This document shows, piece after piece, positions 36,290 to 46,280 of a stretch of 64,000 nt of DNA. Position numbers and translations under genes: made by a program. Within the stretch, counting starts at the first letter, position 1; every line of letters starts with the position of its first letter. The notes beneath the pieces were generated by a model. The model had not been told where the DNA came from, searched no databases, and worked only from the letters and a program-made list of their open reading frames with translations. This DNA comes from Chloroflexota bacterium (lineage in GTDB: Bacteria; Chloroflexota; UBA11872; VXOZ01): the NCBI GenBank assembly GCA_964291655.2, contig OZ219801.1, positions 384,001-448,000 of the forward strand, given 5' to 3'.

Positions 36290-38485
36290 CTACGCAAGCT
36301 TCTCGAGGGGCGCAAACGAGGCAGAGAAGCGCTTGACGCCAATGTCGGGGAACGCCACGGTCACTTCCTCGTCAGTATCCGTAATCTTGCTGCTCACCAC
36401 GGTGCCCTCACCGAAAACGCTATGCCGGACTCGGTCGCCGTCGCGGTACTTCTGCGCCTCCGGCACCTGCGCTCGCTGCGGGCGGGAGCCAGACTGCGAC
36501 CCCTGCCAGACTGCCTCCAGCGACGGCTGTGTCTGCATCATGGGACCGGTTACGAGTTCCATGGGCAATTCAGCAATGAAGCGGGAGGGTATTCGACCAA
36601 CCGACTGGCTGCTATAGCGCCGTGCCGCGTAAAGTAGATAGAGCCGCTCTTTGGCCCGCGTGAGGGCCACGTAACAGAGCCGCCGTTCCTCCGCCAACTG
36701 CTCCGGATCGTCGAGTGAGCGAATGTGCGGAAAGAGCTCTTCCTCCATACCGGCTACAAACACCGCCGGGAATTCCAAGCCCTTCGCATTGTGCATCGTC
36801 ATGAGGGTCAGGCCGCCGTCTGTACCCATACGATCGACGTCGGCCACCAGCGAAGCCTCATGCAAGAACAAGCCCAAGCCTTGCGGCGGCTCAATGTCGT
36901 CAAAGCGCGCGGCGGCAGCCACCAGCTCATCAAGATTCTCTTCACGGTCCACTGCCTCCTCGACATTCTCGTTACTGCGAATGAGTTCCAGGTACCCGCT
37001 CTCCCTGACAACCGTCTTCACGAGCGTACTCAGAGGCGCGCGCGCCAACTCTGCGCGAAATCTTTCCAGTAAATGGCCGAGATTCTCCATGGCGGTCCGG
37101 GCCCGCGCCGTCACCGGCAAGGGGTCGGTGACGCTGCCCGCAGCAAAGCTCAGGACTGCCTCCGCGGCGGAGATGTCCTGTAATTCGGACCACATGGATA
37201 GCGCCGCAAACGTCTTGGCGCCAATACCGCGGGGCGGCACGTTCACCACCCGCCGAAAGCTCACGTTGTCACTCAGATTGTTGATCACGCGCAAATACGC
37301 AAGGACATCTTTGACTTCCCGCCGTTGGTAGAAGGCTACACCGCCAACCAACTGATACGGTATGCCATGGGTAACCAGTGCGTCCTCGAGAGCGCGAGAC
37401 TGCGCGTTCGTGCGATACATAACCACGCAGTCGCTGAGGCCAAGCCCTTCGTCCTGCAGGCGGCGCACGTTATTCACGATGAGGCGCGCTTCATCTTCCT
37501 CATCGAGTGCAGGTAAGACCACCAGCGGCGCGCCTCCGCCGTTCGTCGTCCATAGCCGCTTGTCGCGGCGATTCGGTAAGCGGCTAATGATGCCGTGGGC
37601 CGCGTCCAGAATATTCTGGGTTGAGCGGTAGTTTTGCTCCAGCTTGATGACGACGGCGTCGGGATACTCCTGCTCGAAGTTCAGAATATTGCGCAAATCG
37701 GCTCCCCGCCAACTGTAGATGCCTTGGTCGTCGTCGCCAACCACACAAATGTTGCGAAACTTCGCTGCCAGCATCCTTACCAGTTCGTACTGCGCATGGT
37801 TTGTATCCTGATACTCATCCACCATGATGTAGCGGAAGCGGTCCTGGTAGTGCTCCCGCACGTCCGGGTGCTCCCGAAAGAGCTGTACTACAAACATAAT
37901 GAGGTCATTGAAATCAAGCGCATTGGCCTTGCGAAGCGTATCTTGATAGCGCCGGTATATTCTGGCGGCGGCTTCTTCAAAGGGCCCCTGCGCGTGTTCG
38001 GCAAACACGTGGGGGGTGATGAGTTCATCCTTGGCGCGTGAGATCGTATTCAAGACTGAGCGGGGACTCAGACGCTTTTCATTGATGTCGAGCGCTTTGA
38101 GCACGTCCTTAATCACGGTCAACTGGTCGGCGTCGTCGTAGATCGTAAAGCCCTCGTCCCAGCCGAGCCGCCGTAGCTCGCGACGCAGAATGCGTGAACA
38201 GAACGCATGGAATGTGCTCAAGAGCACATTCTCGCCAATCGGCCCCGCCAGTTCCCGCACCCGGTGACGCATTTCGCCGGCAGCCTTGTTTGTAAAGGTT
38301 ACCCCGAGGATCTGCCATGGAGGCACACGCTTGGCGAGCATGAGGTATGCAATGCGATGGACTATCACCCGAGTTTTGCCGGAACCGGCTCCGGCCAAGA
38401 TGAGCACCGGCCCGTCCGTTGTTTCAACCGCGCTCTGCTGCGGTTCGTTAAGGTCTGCCAGCAGGGATTCGGGGTTTGTAATCAA
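36290..38485 (-). CDS. pcrA: ATP-dependent DNA helicase PcrA/UvrD
   Basis: LAGAGSGKT, TFTNKAA, VDEYQDTN, VGDDDQ.IY.WRGA, LEQNYRST, KGLEF, EERRLCYVALTRA, C-terminal Tudor-like V.H..FGEG; probable TTG start 38485. Confidence 0.95.
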   Translation of the reverse strand: MITNPESLLADLNEPQQSAVETTDGPVLILAGAGSGKTRVIVHRIAYLMLAKRVPPWQILGVTFTNKAAGEMRHRVRELAGPIGENVLLSTFHAFCSRILRRELRRLGWDEGFTIYDDADQLTVIKDVLKALDINEKRLSPRSVLNTISRAKDELITPHVFAEHAQGPFEEAAARIYRRYQDTLRKANALDFNDLIMFVVQLFREHPDVREHYQDRFRYIMVDEYQDTNHAQYELVRMLAAKFRNICVVGDDDQGIYSWRGADLRNILNFEQEYPDAVVIKLEQNYRSTQNILDAAHGIISRLPNRRDKRLWTTNGGGAPLVVLPALDEEDEARLIVNNVRRLQDEGLGLSDCVVMYRTNAQSRALEDALVTHGIPYQLVGGVAFYQRREVKDVLAYLRVINNLSDNVSFRRVVNVPPRGIGAKTFAALSMWSELQDISAAEAVLSFAAGSVTDPLPVTARARTAMENLGHLLERFRAELARAPLSTLVKTVVRESGYLELIRSNENVEEAVDREENLDELVAAAARFDDIEPPQGLGLFLHEASLVADVDRMGTDGGLTLMTMHNAKGLEFPAVFVAGMEEELFPHIRSLDDPEQLAEERRLCYVALTRAKERLYLLYAARRYSSQSVGRIPSRFIAELPMELVTGPMMQTQPSLEAVWQGSQSGSRPQRAQVPEAQKYRDGDRVRHSVFGEGTVVSSKITDTDEEVTVAFPDIGVKRFSASFAPLEKLA

Positions 38486-38842
38486 GGAATAACACTCCGT
38501 ATACCGATGGAGAAAGGCAATGGACCTCGCTGTTATGCGAGCGGTCCGGATGGAAGAGAAGCTGAGCCGCCCCCTCAGCGATTTTATCACCGTCACTTCC
38601 AGCTTGCACTCTAACCACAAGAGTCTTTGCTATGCTAATACACACTCGTTTGCTAGATGTTAGACTCTCTGCACTTCCTCTCTCCCACCAAGAACACACG
38701 ATCCAGAATGCACCAATACGCTGACTCTTTTCTTCGAGAGCACCAGAAAATCTATATTACAGGGAATGGAAGCCTCATTAGTGTACCGTAAGGTACATTA
38801 ATTTAATCCATAGTCGTTTTCTAGGGTTTATGCCAGATTCTC

Positions 38843-38897
38843 TTGACTCCTGTTGAGAAGTTAAGGTACCTTAACTTTTGCCAATGAGGCTAACCTC
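38843..38897 (+). promoter_or_regulatory. Putative promoter/operator of the iron ABC operon
   Basis: TTGACT (38843) N18 TACCTT, overlapped by the perfect palindrome AAGTTAAGGTACCTTAACTT (38858-38877); AGGCTAACCT DtxR/IdeR-like half-site just downstream. Confidence 0.5.
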
Positions 38898-39040
38898 TCA
38901 TGTCCTGACGTGCATGGTTAACGAACGCCAGGACAGTTCCTGCGAGCTGGCTGCCTGATTGGTGCACCTATGCGGATAGGCCTTGAAGCGCACGGCAAGA
39001 CACGGAATACACGCACAGGAATTGGCACGAAAAGGAACCA

Positions 39041-40096
39041 TTGTACGTGTACGTAAATCGTCGAAACTTTCTTAAGGCATCGCTCGCGATGCTTCCCGTT
39101 GCAGTGGGGGCGGCATGCGGCAGTATTGTTGTCACACCTGGTGGCACAACAGACACCCCTGAGTCGATGTCCACCACGCTCACGGTGTACTCTGGTCGCA
39201 ACGAAAACCTCGTGGGACCACTGTTGGAGCAGTTCGGCAATGACGCCGGCATCGATATTCAGGTCAAGTATGGCGGCACGGCTGAAATTGCGGCAACCCT
39301 CCTTGAAGAGGGCGCAAACAGCCCTGCTGACGTATTTTACGCTCAGGATGCCGGCGCTCTGGGCGCGTTACAGGCGGAAAACCGCCTAGCTGCGCTGCCC
39401 GATGCAATCCTCAACACTGTGGAGCCGCGATTCCGCTCCCCGCAAGGCCAATGGGTCGGCACTTCAGGCCGCGCCCGCGTCGTGGTGTACAATACTGAGA
39501 GCGTGAAGCCTGCGGACCTCCCGCCGTCAATTCTGAACTTTACCAATCCCCAGTGGAAGGGCCGTATCGGCTGGGCGCCGACGAACGGCTCGTTTCAGGC
39601 GTTCGTCACCGCCATGCGCGTCGCACTCGGAGAAGAGCAGACCCGAGACTGGCTGAAAGGCATCAAGGCGAACGAGCCGAAGGTGTATCCAAAGAATACG
39701 CCCACGGTGCAGGCTGCGGTGGATGGCGAGATTGCCGTCGGCTTCGTAAATCACTATTATCTCTTCCGCATCCGCGCCGAGCAGGGCGACGTACCGGCAG
39801 AAAACTACTTTCCGCCCAACGGCGATCTTGGATCGCTAATCAACGTGGCCGGCGCCGCTGTCATCGCGGGCTCGAAGAACCAAGCCGCTGCGGAACAGTT
39901 CGTAACGTACCTCTTGTCTCAACAAGCCCAGGAGTATTTTGCCACAGAGACGTACGAGTATCCCCTGGCTCATGGCGTAGCTGCTCACCCCGATCTTCCA
40001 GCGCTCTCCACGATTCAGACTCCTGACATCGACCTTGGCGATCTTGCCGACCTGCGCGGCACACTTCAACTCCTACAAGAGGTGGAACTCATCTAA
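39041..40096 (+). CDS. Fe(III) ABC transporter substrate-binding lipoprotein (FbpA/FutA family)
   Basis: NRRNFLK Tat signal, AAC lipobox, LTVYSGR, EGANSPADVF, NHYY iron-ligand tyrosines, YEYPL. Confidence 0.9.
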   Translation: MYVYVNRRNFLKASLAMLPVAVGAACGSIVVTPGGTTDTPESMSTTLTVYSGRNENLVGPLLEQFGNDAGIDIQVKYGGTAEIAATLLEEGANSPADVFYAQDAGALGALQAENRLAALPDAILNTVEPRFRSPQGQWVGTSGRARVVVYNTESVKPADLPPSILNFTNPQWKGRIGWAPTNGSFQAFVTAMRVALGEEQTRDWLKGIKANEPKVYPKNTPTVQAAVDGEIAVGFVNHYYLFRIRAEQGDVPAENYFPPNGDLGSLINVAGAAVIAGSKNQAAAEQFVTYLLSQQAQEYFATETYEYPLAHGVAAHPDLPALSTIQTPDIDLGDLADLRGTLQLLQEVELI

Positions 40097-40111
40097 TAGC
40101 TGAAAGATCCT

Positions 40112-41725
40112 ATGGAGATACCAATCCTGCTGCGGGAGACTGTGCGGAGCGGCCGGCGGACCTATCGGACCGCCGGTCCGCCTCTCTTACTCTTGGTTGC
40201 AAGCAGTGTGGTTGGAATCGGCATTCTCCTGCCCCTTGTTTACCTTGTGTTGCGTGCCGCAGGAGCGGGAGACGAGCTTTGGCGGCTCTTGCTGCGTCCG
40301 CGTACTGCGGTCATTCTTTTCAATAGTGTTGCACTATCCTCTGCCGTAACCCTAAGCACGATCGCTATTGCCGTACCCCTTGCCTGGCTCGTCGTGCGCA
40401 GCGACTTGCCCTGGCGAAGATTTTGGACTGGCCTTTTAATCGTGCCGCTAGCTGTCCCCAGCTACGTGGGCGGATTTGTACTGATTGGGGCACTTGGACC
40501 GCGGGGCATGCTGCAACGATTGTTGGAACCACTTGGCGTCGAACGCCTGCCGGAGATTTACGGCTTTCCCGGAGCTTGGCTGGCACTGACGCTGTTTACC
40601 TATCCCTATGTATTCCTTGTCGTGCGCGCCGCCCTGCAAGGCATGGACCACACGTTGGAAGAAGCCTCGCGCAGCCTCGGGCATAGTGGTTGGTCTACCT
40701 TCTGGCAGATTACGTTACCCCAACTCCGTCCGGCAATCGCGGCGGGTGGGCTCCTCGTTGCCCTCTACACGCTCAGTGACTTTGGCGCCGTATCGCTCCT
40801 GCAGTTTGATACCTTTACACGCGTCATTTACGCCCATTACCAGGGCTCTTTTGACCGCCATCTCGCCGCCGGCCTGGCCCTCGTGCTCGTCTTCATGACG
40901 TTGCTTATTCTCGCACTCGAGCATTGGAGCAGGGGACGGGCCTACTACCATCGCGGAGCCCAAAGCGGATTGAGGTCGCTGCGCCGCGTCAACCTTGGTA
41001 GATGGCGGCTTCCGGCTCTCGCCCTCTGTGCCTGTGTCGCACTCTTCGCGCTGGTGCTGCCGGGGCTTACTATCGGCTATTGGCTGTTCCGCAGCGTGAC
41101 ATACACGACAAGCTTTAGCTCCCTGCCGCTACTGGCGTGGAATACACTCTGGGTTTCTGCCGCTACCGGGATTGCCGCCGTTATCCTTGCCATACCGGTG
41201 GCCTACCTGACGGTACGATTCCCAGGCCGGCCTCTGCGCCTCTTCGAGTACGCGATTTACCTGGGCTATGGCCTGCCGGGCATTGTTATTGCCCTCTCCC
41301 TTGTCTTCTTTGGAGCAAATGTCGCGCCCATCATCTATCAAACCTTCTTTCTCTTGATAGCCGCCTATCTGATCCGCTTCCTGCCACAAGCGTACGGCAA
41401 TGCGCGGACCTCACTTCTGCAGGTGAATCCGTCTTTGGAAGAAGCCTCCCGCAGTCTCGGTCACTCCTGGCACGCCACAATCCGCGCTATCACCTTGCCC
41501 TTAGTACGAGGTGGAGCCACCGCGGGCGGTATTCTGGTCTTCGTAACAACTCTCAAGGAGCTCCCTATCACGCTGTTGCTCGGCCCGATCGGCTTCAAAA
41601 CACTAGCCACCGAAGTCTGGACAAATACCGCGGAAGGGTTCTTCGCCGAAGCTGCCCCGGTGATCTTGGTGCTGCTCGGCGTCTCGCTGCTGCCAACATT
41701 GCTTTTTGCGCGTAAGGAGCCTTAA
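40112..41725 (+). CDS. Fe(III) ABC transporter permease (FbpB family)
   Basis: Two EAA loops (LEEASRSLG twice), PSYVG, LSDFG, LKELP. Confidence 0.92.
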   Translation: MEIPILLRETVRSGRRTYRTAGPPLLLLVASSVVGIGILLPLVYLVLRAAGAGDELWRLLLRPRTAVILFNSVALSSAVTLSTIAIAVPLAWLVVRSDLPWRRFWTGLLIVPLAVPSYVGGFVLIGALGPRGMLQRLLEPLGVERLPEIYGFPGAWLALTLFTYPYVFLVVRAALQGMDHTLEEASRSLGHSGWSTFWQITLPQLRPAIAAGGLLVALYTLSDFGAVSLLQFDTFTRVIYAHYQGSFDRHLAAGLALVLVFMTLLILALEHWSRGRAYYHRGAQSGLRSLRRVNLGRWRLPALALCACVALFALVLPGLTIGYWLFRSVTYTTSFSSLPLLAWNTLWVSAATGIAAVILAIPVAYLTVRFPGRPLRLFEYAIYLGYGLPGIVIALSLVFFGANVAPIIYQTFFLLIAAYLIRFLPQAYGNARTSLLQVNPSLEEASRSLGHSWHATIRAITLPLVRGGATAGGILVFVTTLKELPITLLLGPIGFKTLATEVWTNTAEGFFAEAAPVILVLLGVSLLPTLLFARKEP

Positions 41726-41734
41726 AATAGTGCC

Positions 41735-42784
41735 ATGAGCATTAACCTCTTCGCGATCCGCTGTAAGAATGTCAGCAAGCGATTCGGCTCGGTACTAGCC
41801 GTAAGCGATGTTGACCTCACTGTAGCTCCTGGGGAATTCCTGGGCCTGTTGGGACCGAGCGGTTGCGGTAAGACGACCTTCCTTCGACTCATCGCCGGCT
41901 TTGAAGTACCTGACTCCGGTTCGATTGAGATCGGTGACGTCTGCGTCGTGGGCCCAAAGCGGTGGATTCTGCCTGAACGCCGCCGCGTGGGCATGGTGTT
42001 TCAAGACTATGCCCTTTTTCCGCATATGACCTTGGCGGAGAACGTCGCTTACGGCGTGCGCAAGTGGCCTGATCGGACGGAGCGAGTCGGAAATGCGCTG
42101 CGGCTCGTCGGCTTGGATGGTCTCCGCGAGCGGATGCCGAATGAACTCTCCGGCGGACAGCAGCAACGGGTGGCGCTGGCCCGCGCGCTGGCGCCGGAAC
42201 CGGACGTCATCCTGATGGATGAACCTTTCTCCAACCTGGATGTGGCCCTGCGCGCGCGCATTCGCGCCGAGACGCGGAATATCCTCGCCCGGGCGGGCGC
42301 CACAGTGATCTTTGTAACCCACGACCAAGAAGAGGCGCTCAGTATCGCCGATAGGGTGGCCGTGATGTGGGGCGGACAGCTTGCCCAAGTAGGAGATCCG
42401 GAAGAGTTGTACCGCAGCCCATCATCCAGAGATGTCGCCCAGTTCGTAGGTAGCGCGAATTTCCTCTATGCCAACGTCAATAACGGCTACGCACAGTGCG
42501 CGCTCGGCCGCTTTGCGCTCAACGGAGCCGCCCACAATGGCGATCTAGACCTTATGTTCCGTCCCGAGGACATTGCCCTGAAAGTAGCCCCGGATGGCGC
42601 TTCCCGCGTGGTGGATGCCACTTTCTACGGCCACGACAGTACGGTAACGATCCGACTCGAGACTGGCGAACACATTGAAGTTCGACTTCTCGGCGCCCCG
42701 CTCGCACCGGGCACGCGCGTCCACTGTCAGGCGACGGCTAAACCACGCACCTTTGTACGCTTGCCGCAAGCCGCACCTTCATGA
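41735..42784 (+). CDS. Fe(III) ABC transporter ATP-binding protein (FbpC family)
   Basis: GPSGCGKT, MVFQDYALFPH, LSGGQQQR, DEPFSNLD, VTHDQEEA, TOBE tail. Confidence 0.92.
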   Translation: MSINLFAIRCKNVSKRFGSVLAVSDVDLTVAPGEFLGLLGPSGCGKTTFLRLIAGFEVPDSGSIEIGDVCVVGPKRWILPERRRVGMVFQDYALFPHMTLAENVAYGVRKWPDRTERVGNALRLVGLDGLRERMPNELSGGQQQRVALARALAPEPDVILMDEPFSNLDVALRARIRAETRNILARAGATVIFVTHDQEEALSIADRVAVMWGGQLAQVGDPEELYRSPSSRDVAQFVGSANFLYANVNNGYAQCALGRFALNGAAHNGDLDLMFRPEDIALKVAPDGASRVVDATFYGHDSTVTIRLETGEHIEVRLLGAPLAPGTRVHCQATAKPRTFVRLPQAAPS

Positions 42785-42858
42785 TGCTGCGAGTCAGGTT
42801 ATAGTGTTAGGGACGATGTAGCCCTTGTGCGACAGCCAAGTGCCCCCTAAATCGACCC

Positions 42859-44016
42859 ATGCCTCCCTACGATTGCGCCTCAGTTCGAGAGACCATTCCG
42901 TTCCTCCAGGACCGTGTCTACCTTAACACCGGCACGGAAGGACTACTGGCCGAACCGGTCCTCGCCGACTACCAGGCGGCCATCGCCCGCCAGGAGCGTG
43001 AGGGACACGCGGCGCTCGAGTGGCGCTATGCCGAACTGGACCGCACACGCAAAATAGTTGCACGTTTACTGCATGCCCAGCCAAACACCATCGCTTTCAC
43101 ACGCAATGCCACGGACGGGCATAACATCGTGCTGCACGGCCTGCGGTGGCAGCCGGGCGATGAACTCCTCATCTCCAACCAGGAGCATCCAGCCCTCAGT
43201 CATCCGGCGGCCTATCTGCAAGAGCGTGACAAGCTTAGCGTGCGCGTCTTCGATATAGATGCCGATCCGCACGTCACGTTGCAGAATGTCCGCGCTGCAC
43301 TAAGTCCTGCCACACGCCTCATTGCCTTTAGCCACGTGAGCTGTGAGAGTGGAATCCGCCTGCCTGCCAAAGAAGTCTGCCGGATCGCGCATGAGCACGG
43401 TGTTTGGGCGCTCTTGGACTGCGCGCAGTCGCTGGGCGCCATACCCGTGGACGTTGTGGAGTTGGAATGTGATTTCTTCGTGAGCAATGGACACAAGTGG
43501 CTGTGCGGTCCCAAGGAAACCGGCATTCTCTATCTACGGCCGGACCGACTTGAAGCGCTGACCTTGGGCGCAGCCGGAGCCGGCACCTTTGAGCACTTTA
43601 CGTGGAACGGTGAAGCCTTTCGCCACGAACTCAGGCCGGACGCCCGGCGGTTTGAGTTTGGCACGCGCAACCACGCCACACTCGTCGGCCTGCGGTCCGC
43701 CATCACATGGCTCGAGGAGCTAGAACTTTCCGTCGTTCATGCGCACATTCGAGACTTGGCTCGGCAAGCCAAGTCGATGCTCGCTGAGACTCCCGGTATT
43801 GAGGTCGTCACGCCGCGATCTGACGACGAGTCGGCGGGGATTATTACATTTCACACGCCGAGCAAGCATCCCGCTGAAGTAACGCAGGCGCTCTGGCAGC
43901 AAGGAATCATTACGCGCCACACCACGACTCCGCCGGGCGTGCGTGCCTCCGCTGCGTACTTCAACACCGAGGGGGATTTTGAGCGGCTGGCAACGGCGCT
44001 GCGGTCAATCGTGTGA
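42859..44016 (+). CDS. PLP-dependent class V aminotransferase-family enzyme (C-S lyase / isopenicillin N epimerase-like)
   Basis: YLNTG, FTRNAT, EHP, DCAQSLG, GHKWLCGP, RRFEFGT, RAS..FNT. Confidence 0.85.
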   Translation: MPPYDCASVRETIPFLQDRVYLNTGTEGLLAEPVLADYQAAIARQEREGHAALEWRYAELDRTRKIVARLLHAQPNTIAFTRNATDGHNIVLHGLRWQPGDELLISNQEHPALSHPAAYLQERDKLSVRVFDIDADPHVTLQNVRAALSPATRLIAFSHVSCESGIRLPAKEVCRIAHEHGVWALLDCAQSLGAIPVDVVELECDFFVSNGHKWLCGPKETGILYLRPDRLEALTLGAAGAGTFEHFTWNGEAFRHELRPDARRFEFGTRNHATLVGLRSAITWLEELELSVVHAHIRDLARQAKSMLAETPGIEVVTPRSDDESAGIITFHTPSKHPAEVTQALWQQGIITRHTTTPPGVRASAAYFNTEGDFERLATALRSIV

Positions 44017-44128
44017 GAGAATACGCGAAGAGTGTAGCGCCGATGTCTACCACAATTGTAGATGTCAGGTAATTCGTTGACAGATTCGGAAGAAGAAACA
44101 TGGGAGCAGAACTCTGTGGTTGCCTGCA

Positions 44129-44199
44129 TGCATGTCATTCCGAACGGAGCGCAGCGGAGTGTCGAACCCTGTTCGACGCTGCGCTCGGAGTGACATGCA
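44129..44199. repeat. Inverted REP-like doublet (TGTCATTCCGA family) forming a long hairpin
   Basis: TGCATGTCATTCCGA...TCGGAGTGACATGCA with an internal GTCGAAC/GTTCGAC stem. Confidence 0.7.
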
Positions 44200-44368
44200 C
44201 CGTCAACTCTTCAGAATGGCAAGCGAATTCTGTCAACGAATTAATTGACTCTTACAATAATGACTCTTTGCTCTCAATTGCCTGCTGGGCGTACATTGGC
44301 GAAGAGTGATTGCCAACTGCATTATTCGTCGGGGATGTGCCCGACTAGGAGAGAGTGCCCCAACGCCA

Positions 44369-45562
44369 ATGACTGAAAGCAAGCGCACCGTGCGACTCCT
44401 CGTTTCCGGCGGCGGTTCCGGCGGTCATGTTACGCCTGCACTCGCTACGATAGAAGAAATCAAGGAGCTTGCCGAACGGGAGGGCACATGGGCGCCCACA
44501 TTCCTCTACGTGGGGAGCCACGGCGGAGTGGAACGCGAAATGGTCAAGGCGGCCGGCATTCCCTTCACCGCCATAGCGACCGGCAAACTCCGCCGCTCAA
44601 GTCACGTGCTGGGGCACTTCTCCTGGAGCAACCTTCTCGACGCCCTACGGCTGCCTTGGGGCGTGCTGCAGGCGTTGCTCCTCGTGATACGCTTCCGACC
44701 TCACGTTGTCCTAAGCACCGGGGGATTCGTGTGCGTGCCGCCCGTAATCGCAGCCTGGCTGCTGCGTGTTCCCGTGATCACCCATGAACAAACGGTGCAG
44801 ATGGGCCTGGCAAACCGCATCGCCTCTCGCTTCGCGAGACGCATCGCTCTGACCTACGAATCCGCGCGGGACTACCTGCCGGCACGCTTGCAAGCCCAGA
44901 CCTTCGTAACCGGCAATCCGGTGCGCCACGTCATTTTCAATGGCAGTCCGGCGACGGCGATGTCTATTGCGGGGTTCTCGAGTGGTGACACGTTGCCGAC
45001 CTTGTATGTGACCGGCGGGGCACAGGGCGCGCAACACATCAACCGCGCCGTGGAAGATGCCTTGCCGGACCTACTCATGTTTTGCCGCATCATTCACCAA
45101 TGCGGACGCCAGGCAACAGGGCCAACACGCGAGATTGAGCGCCTCCAGCGGGTTCGCGCGGCGTTGCCGGACCACCTGCAAGCGCGCTACCACGTGGTCG
45201 ACTTTGTTGCAGATGAGATTGGTCACCTCTATGCGCTGGCGGATGCGGTCGTGAGTCGCTCCGGTGCGGGGACGCTCGCGGAGATCTTTGCCCTCGGCAA
45301 GCCGGCAATCTTCATTCCCTTGGTGCCAACCGGCGGCGACGAACAACGGCGCAACGCCCAGCATGCCGCACGCGCCGGCGCGGCGGTGATAATTGAGCAG
45401 GAAGAACTCACTGGCGATACTTTATGTAAACGCGCGCGTGAGCTGCTTGCCGATCCGGTGAGGCAGAAAGCGATGGCATGTGCCGCCAAGGGGCTCGCCC
45501 GGACTGATGCCGCGCTCCTCCTGGCAGAATCTGTCATTGCATTGGCGAACCGGCCCGGCTGA
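44369..45562 (+). CDS. murG: Undecaprenyl-PP-MurNAc-pentapeptide N-acetylglucosaminyltransferase
   Basis: GGGSGGH, GKLRR, STGGFV, HEQ...GLANR, TGNPVR, GGAQGA, SRSGAGT, EQRRNA. Confidence 0.9.
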   Translation: MTESKRTVRLLVSGGGSGGHVTPALATIEEIKELAEREGTWAPTFLYVGSHGGVEREMVKAAGIPFTAIATGKLRRSSHVLGHFSWSNLLDALRLPWGVLQALLLVIRFRPHVVLSTGGFVCVPPVIAAWLLRVPVITHEQTVQMGLANRIASRFARRIALTYESARDYLPARLQAQTFVTGNPVRHVIFNGSPATAMSIAGFSSGDTLPTLYVTGGAQGAQHINRAVEDALPDLLMFCRIIHQCGRQATGPTREIERLQRVRAALPDHLQARYHVVDFVADEIGHLYALADAVVSRSGAGTLAEIFALGKPAIFIPLVPTGGDEQRRNAQHAARAGAAVIIEQEELTGDTLCKRARELLADPVRQKAMACAAKGLARTDAALLLAESVIALANRPG

Positions 45563-45579
45563 CGGTCGGCGCGTCTCAC

Positions 45580-46134
45580 TCACTCGTCGCCCACCGCATA
45601 AATGCTGAACATCGAGTCGCCGTGTTGACGGCGGCGTAAGAGCCGCAACCGTCCCCACTGCTCGTCAGGCACTTTCTTCTTCCAGTGCCCAACGACAATC
45701 ACCGTCTGTTCCTCAATTGCGCGCGATTCGGCAAGTGCCGGTAGCCAGTCTTCATGGTCCACGGTATGGTACGGCGGGTCTGCCAAGATGAGGTCGTAGG
45801 GCTCTTTCAAACGGTTGAGCACTCCCGGCACACGTGCCTGGATCACACGCGCCCTTTCACGCAATGACGCCACGCGCAAGTTCTCACGGATAGCGCGGCA
45901 GGACGCCGGTAGCACGTCAACAAAGTCACACCAATCGGCTCCCCGGCTTAAGGCCTCTATGCCGAGCGCACCGGTGCCCGCGTAGAGTTCCAGCACACGG
46001 CCGCACTCACCGTTTTCGCCGAGCGAATTGAAGATGGCGTGTTTCACTTTGTCGAGCGTAGGGCGCACCTGCTTCGACTTCGGCGCCCGCAAGCGCCGTC
46101 CCGCGGCAGTTCCACGGATAATACGCATATTCAT
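45580..46134 (-). CDS. rsmD: 16S rRNA m2G966 methyltransferase
   Basis: MRIIRG, RPT.DKVK..IFN, LYAGTGALGIEALSRGA, DPPY. Confidence 0.93.
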   Translation of the reverse strand: MNMRIIRGTAAGRRLRAPKSKQVRPTLDKVKHAIFNSLGENGECGRVLELYAGTGALGIEALSRGADWCDFVDVLPASCRAIRENLRVASLRERARVIQARVPGVLNRLKEPYDLILADPPYHTVDHEDWLPALAESRAIEEQTVIVVGHWKKKVPDEQWGRLRLLRRRQHGDSMFSIYAVGDE

Positions 46135-46280
46135 TAAGTTATCTCATGCAGTCTGGGCATCATCTTAAGGCAATACTCCGGGGATCTATTGTGAAGCCGT
46201 ATGCTTGGAGAGGCTTTCTCGTGAGACGTTGTAGTGGCGTGGTCTCTCATGTGCGCTGTCATGCCGAGGCGGTAGAGGTA

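Noticed and set aside
35759-36637. ORFs in all frames across the 21-bp array, including a His-rich MVRQAHHER(KEAHHER)n peptide
   Set aside because: The unit length is a multiple of 3 and stop-free, so frames open automatically. The ends are REP sequence and no well-spaced RBS precedes ATG 36220. Treated as non-coding unless expression is shown.
38486-38620. N-terminal extensions from the ORF track for pcrA (likewise accC, gpsA, fabD, murG, SBP 21412, methyltransferase 9515)
   Set aside because: Family homology begins at downstream starts, most with plausible RBSs; the extensions are longest-ORF artefacts.
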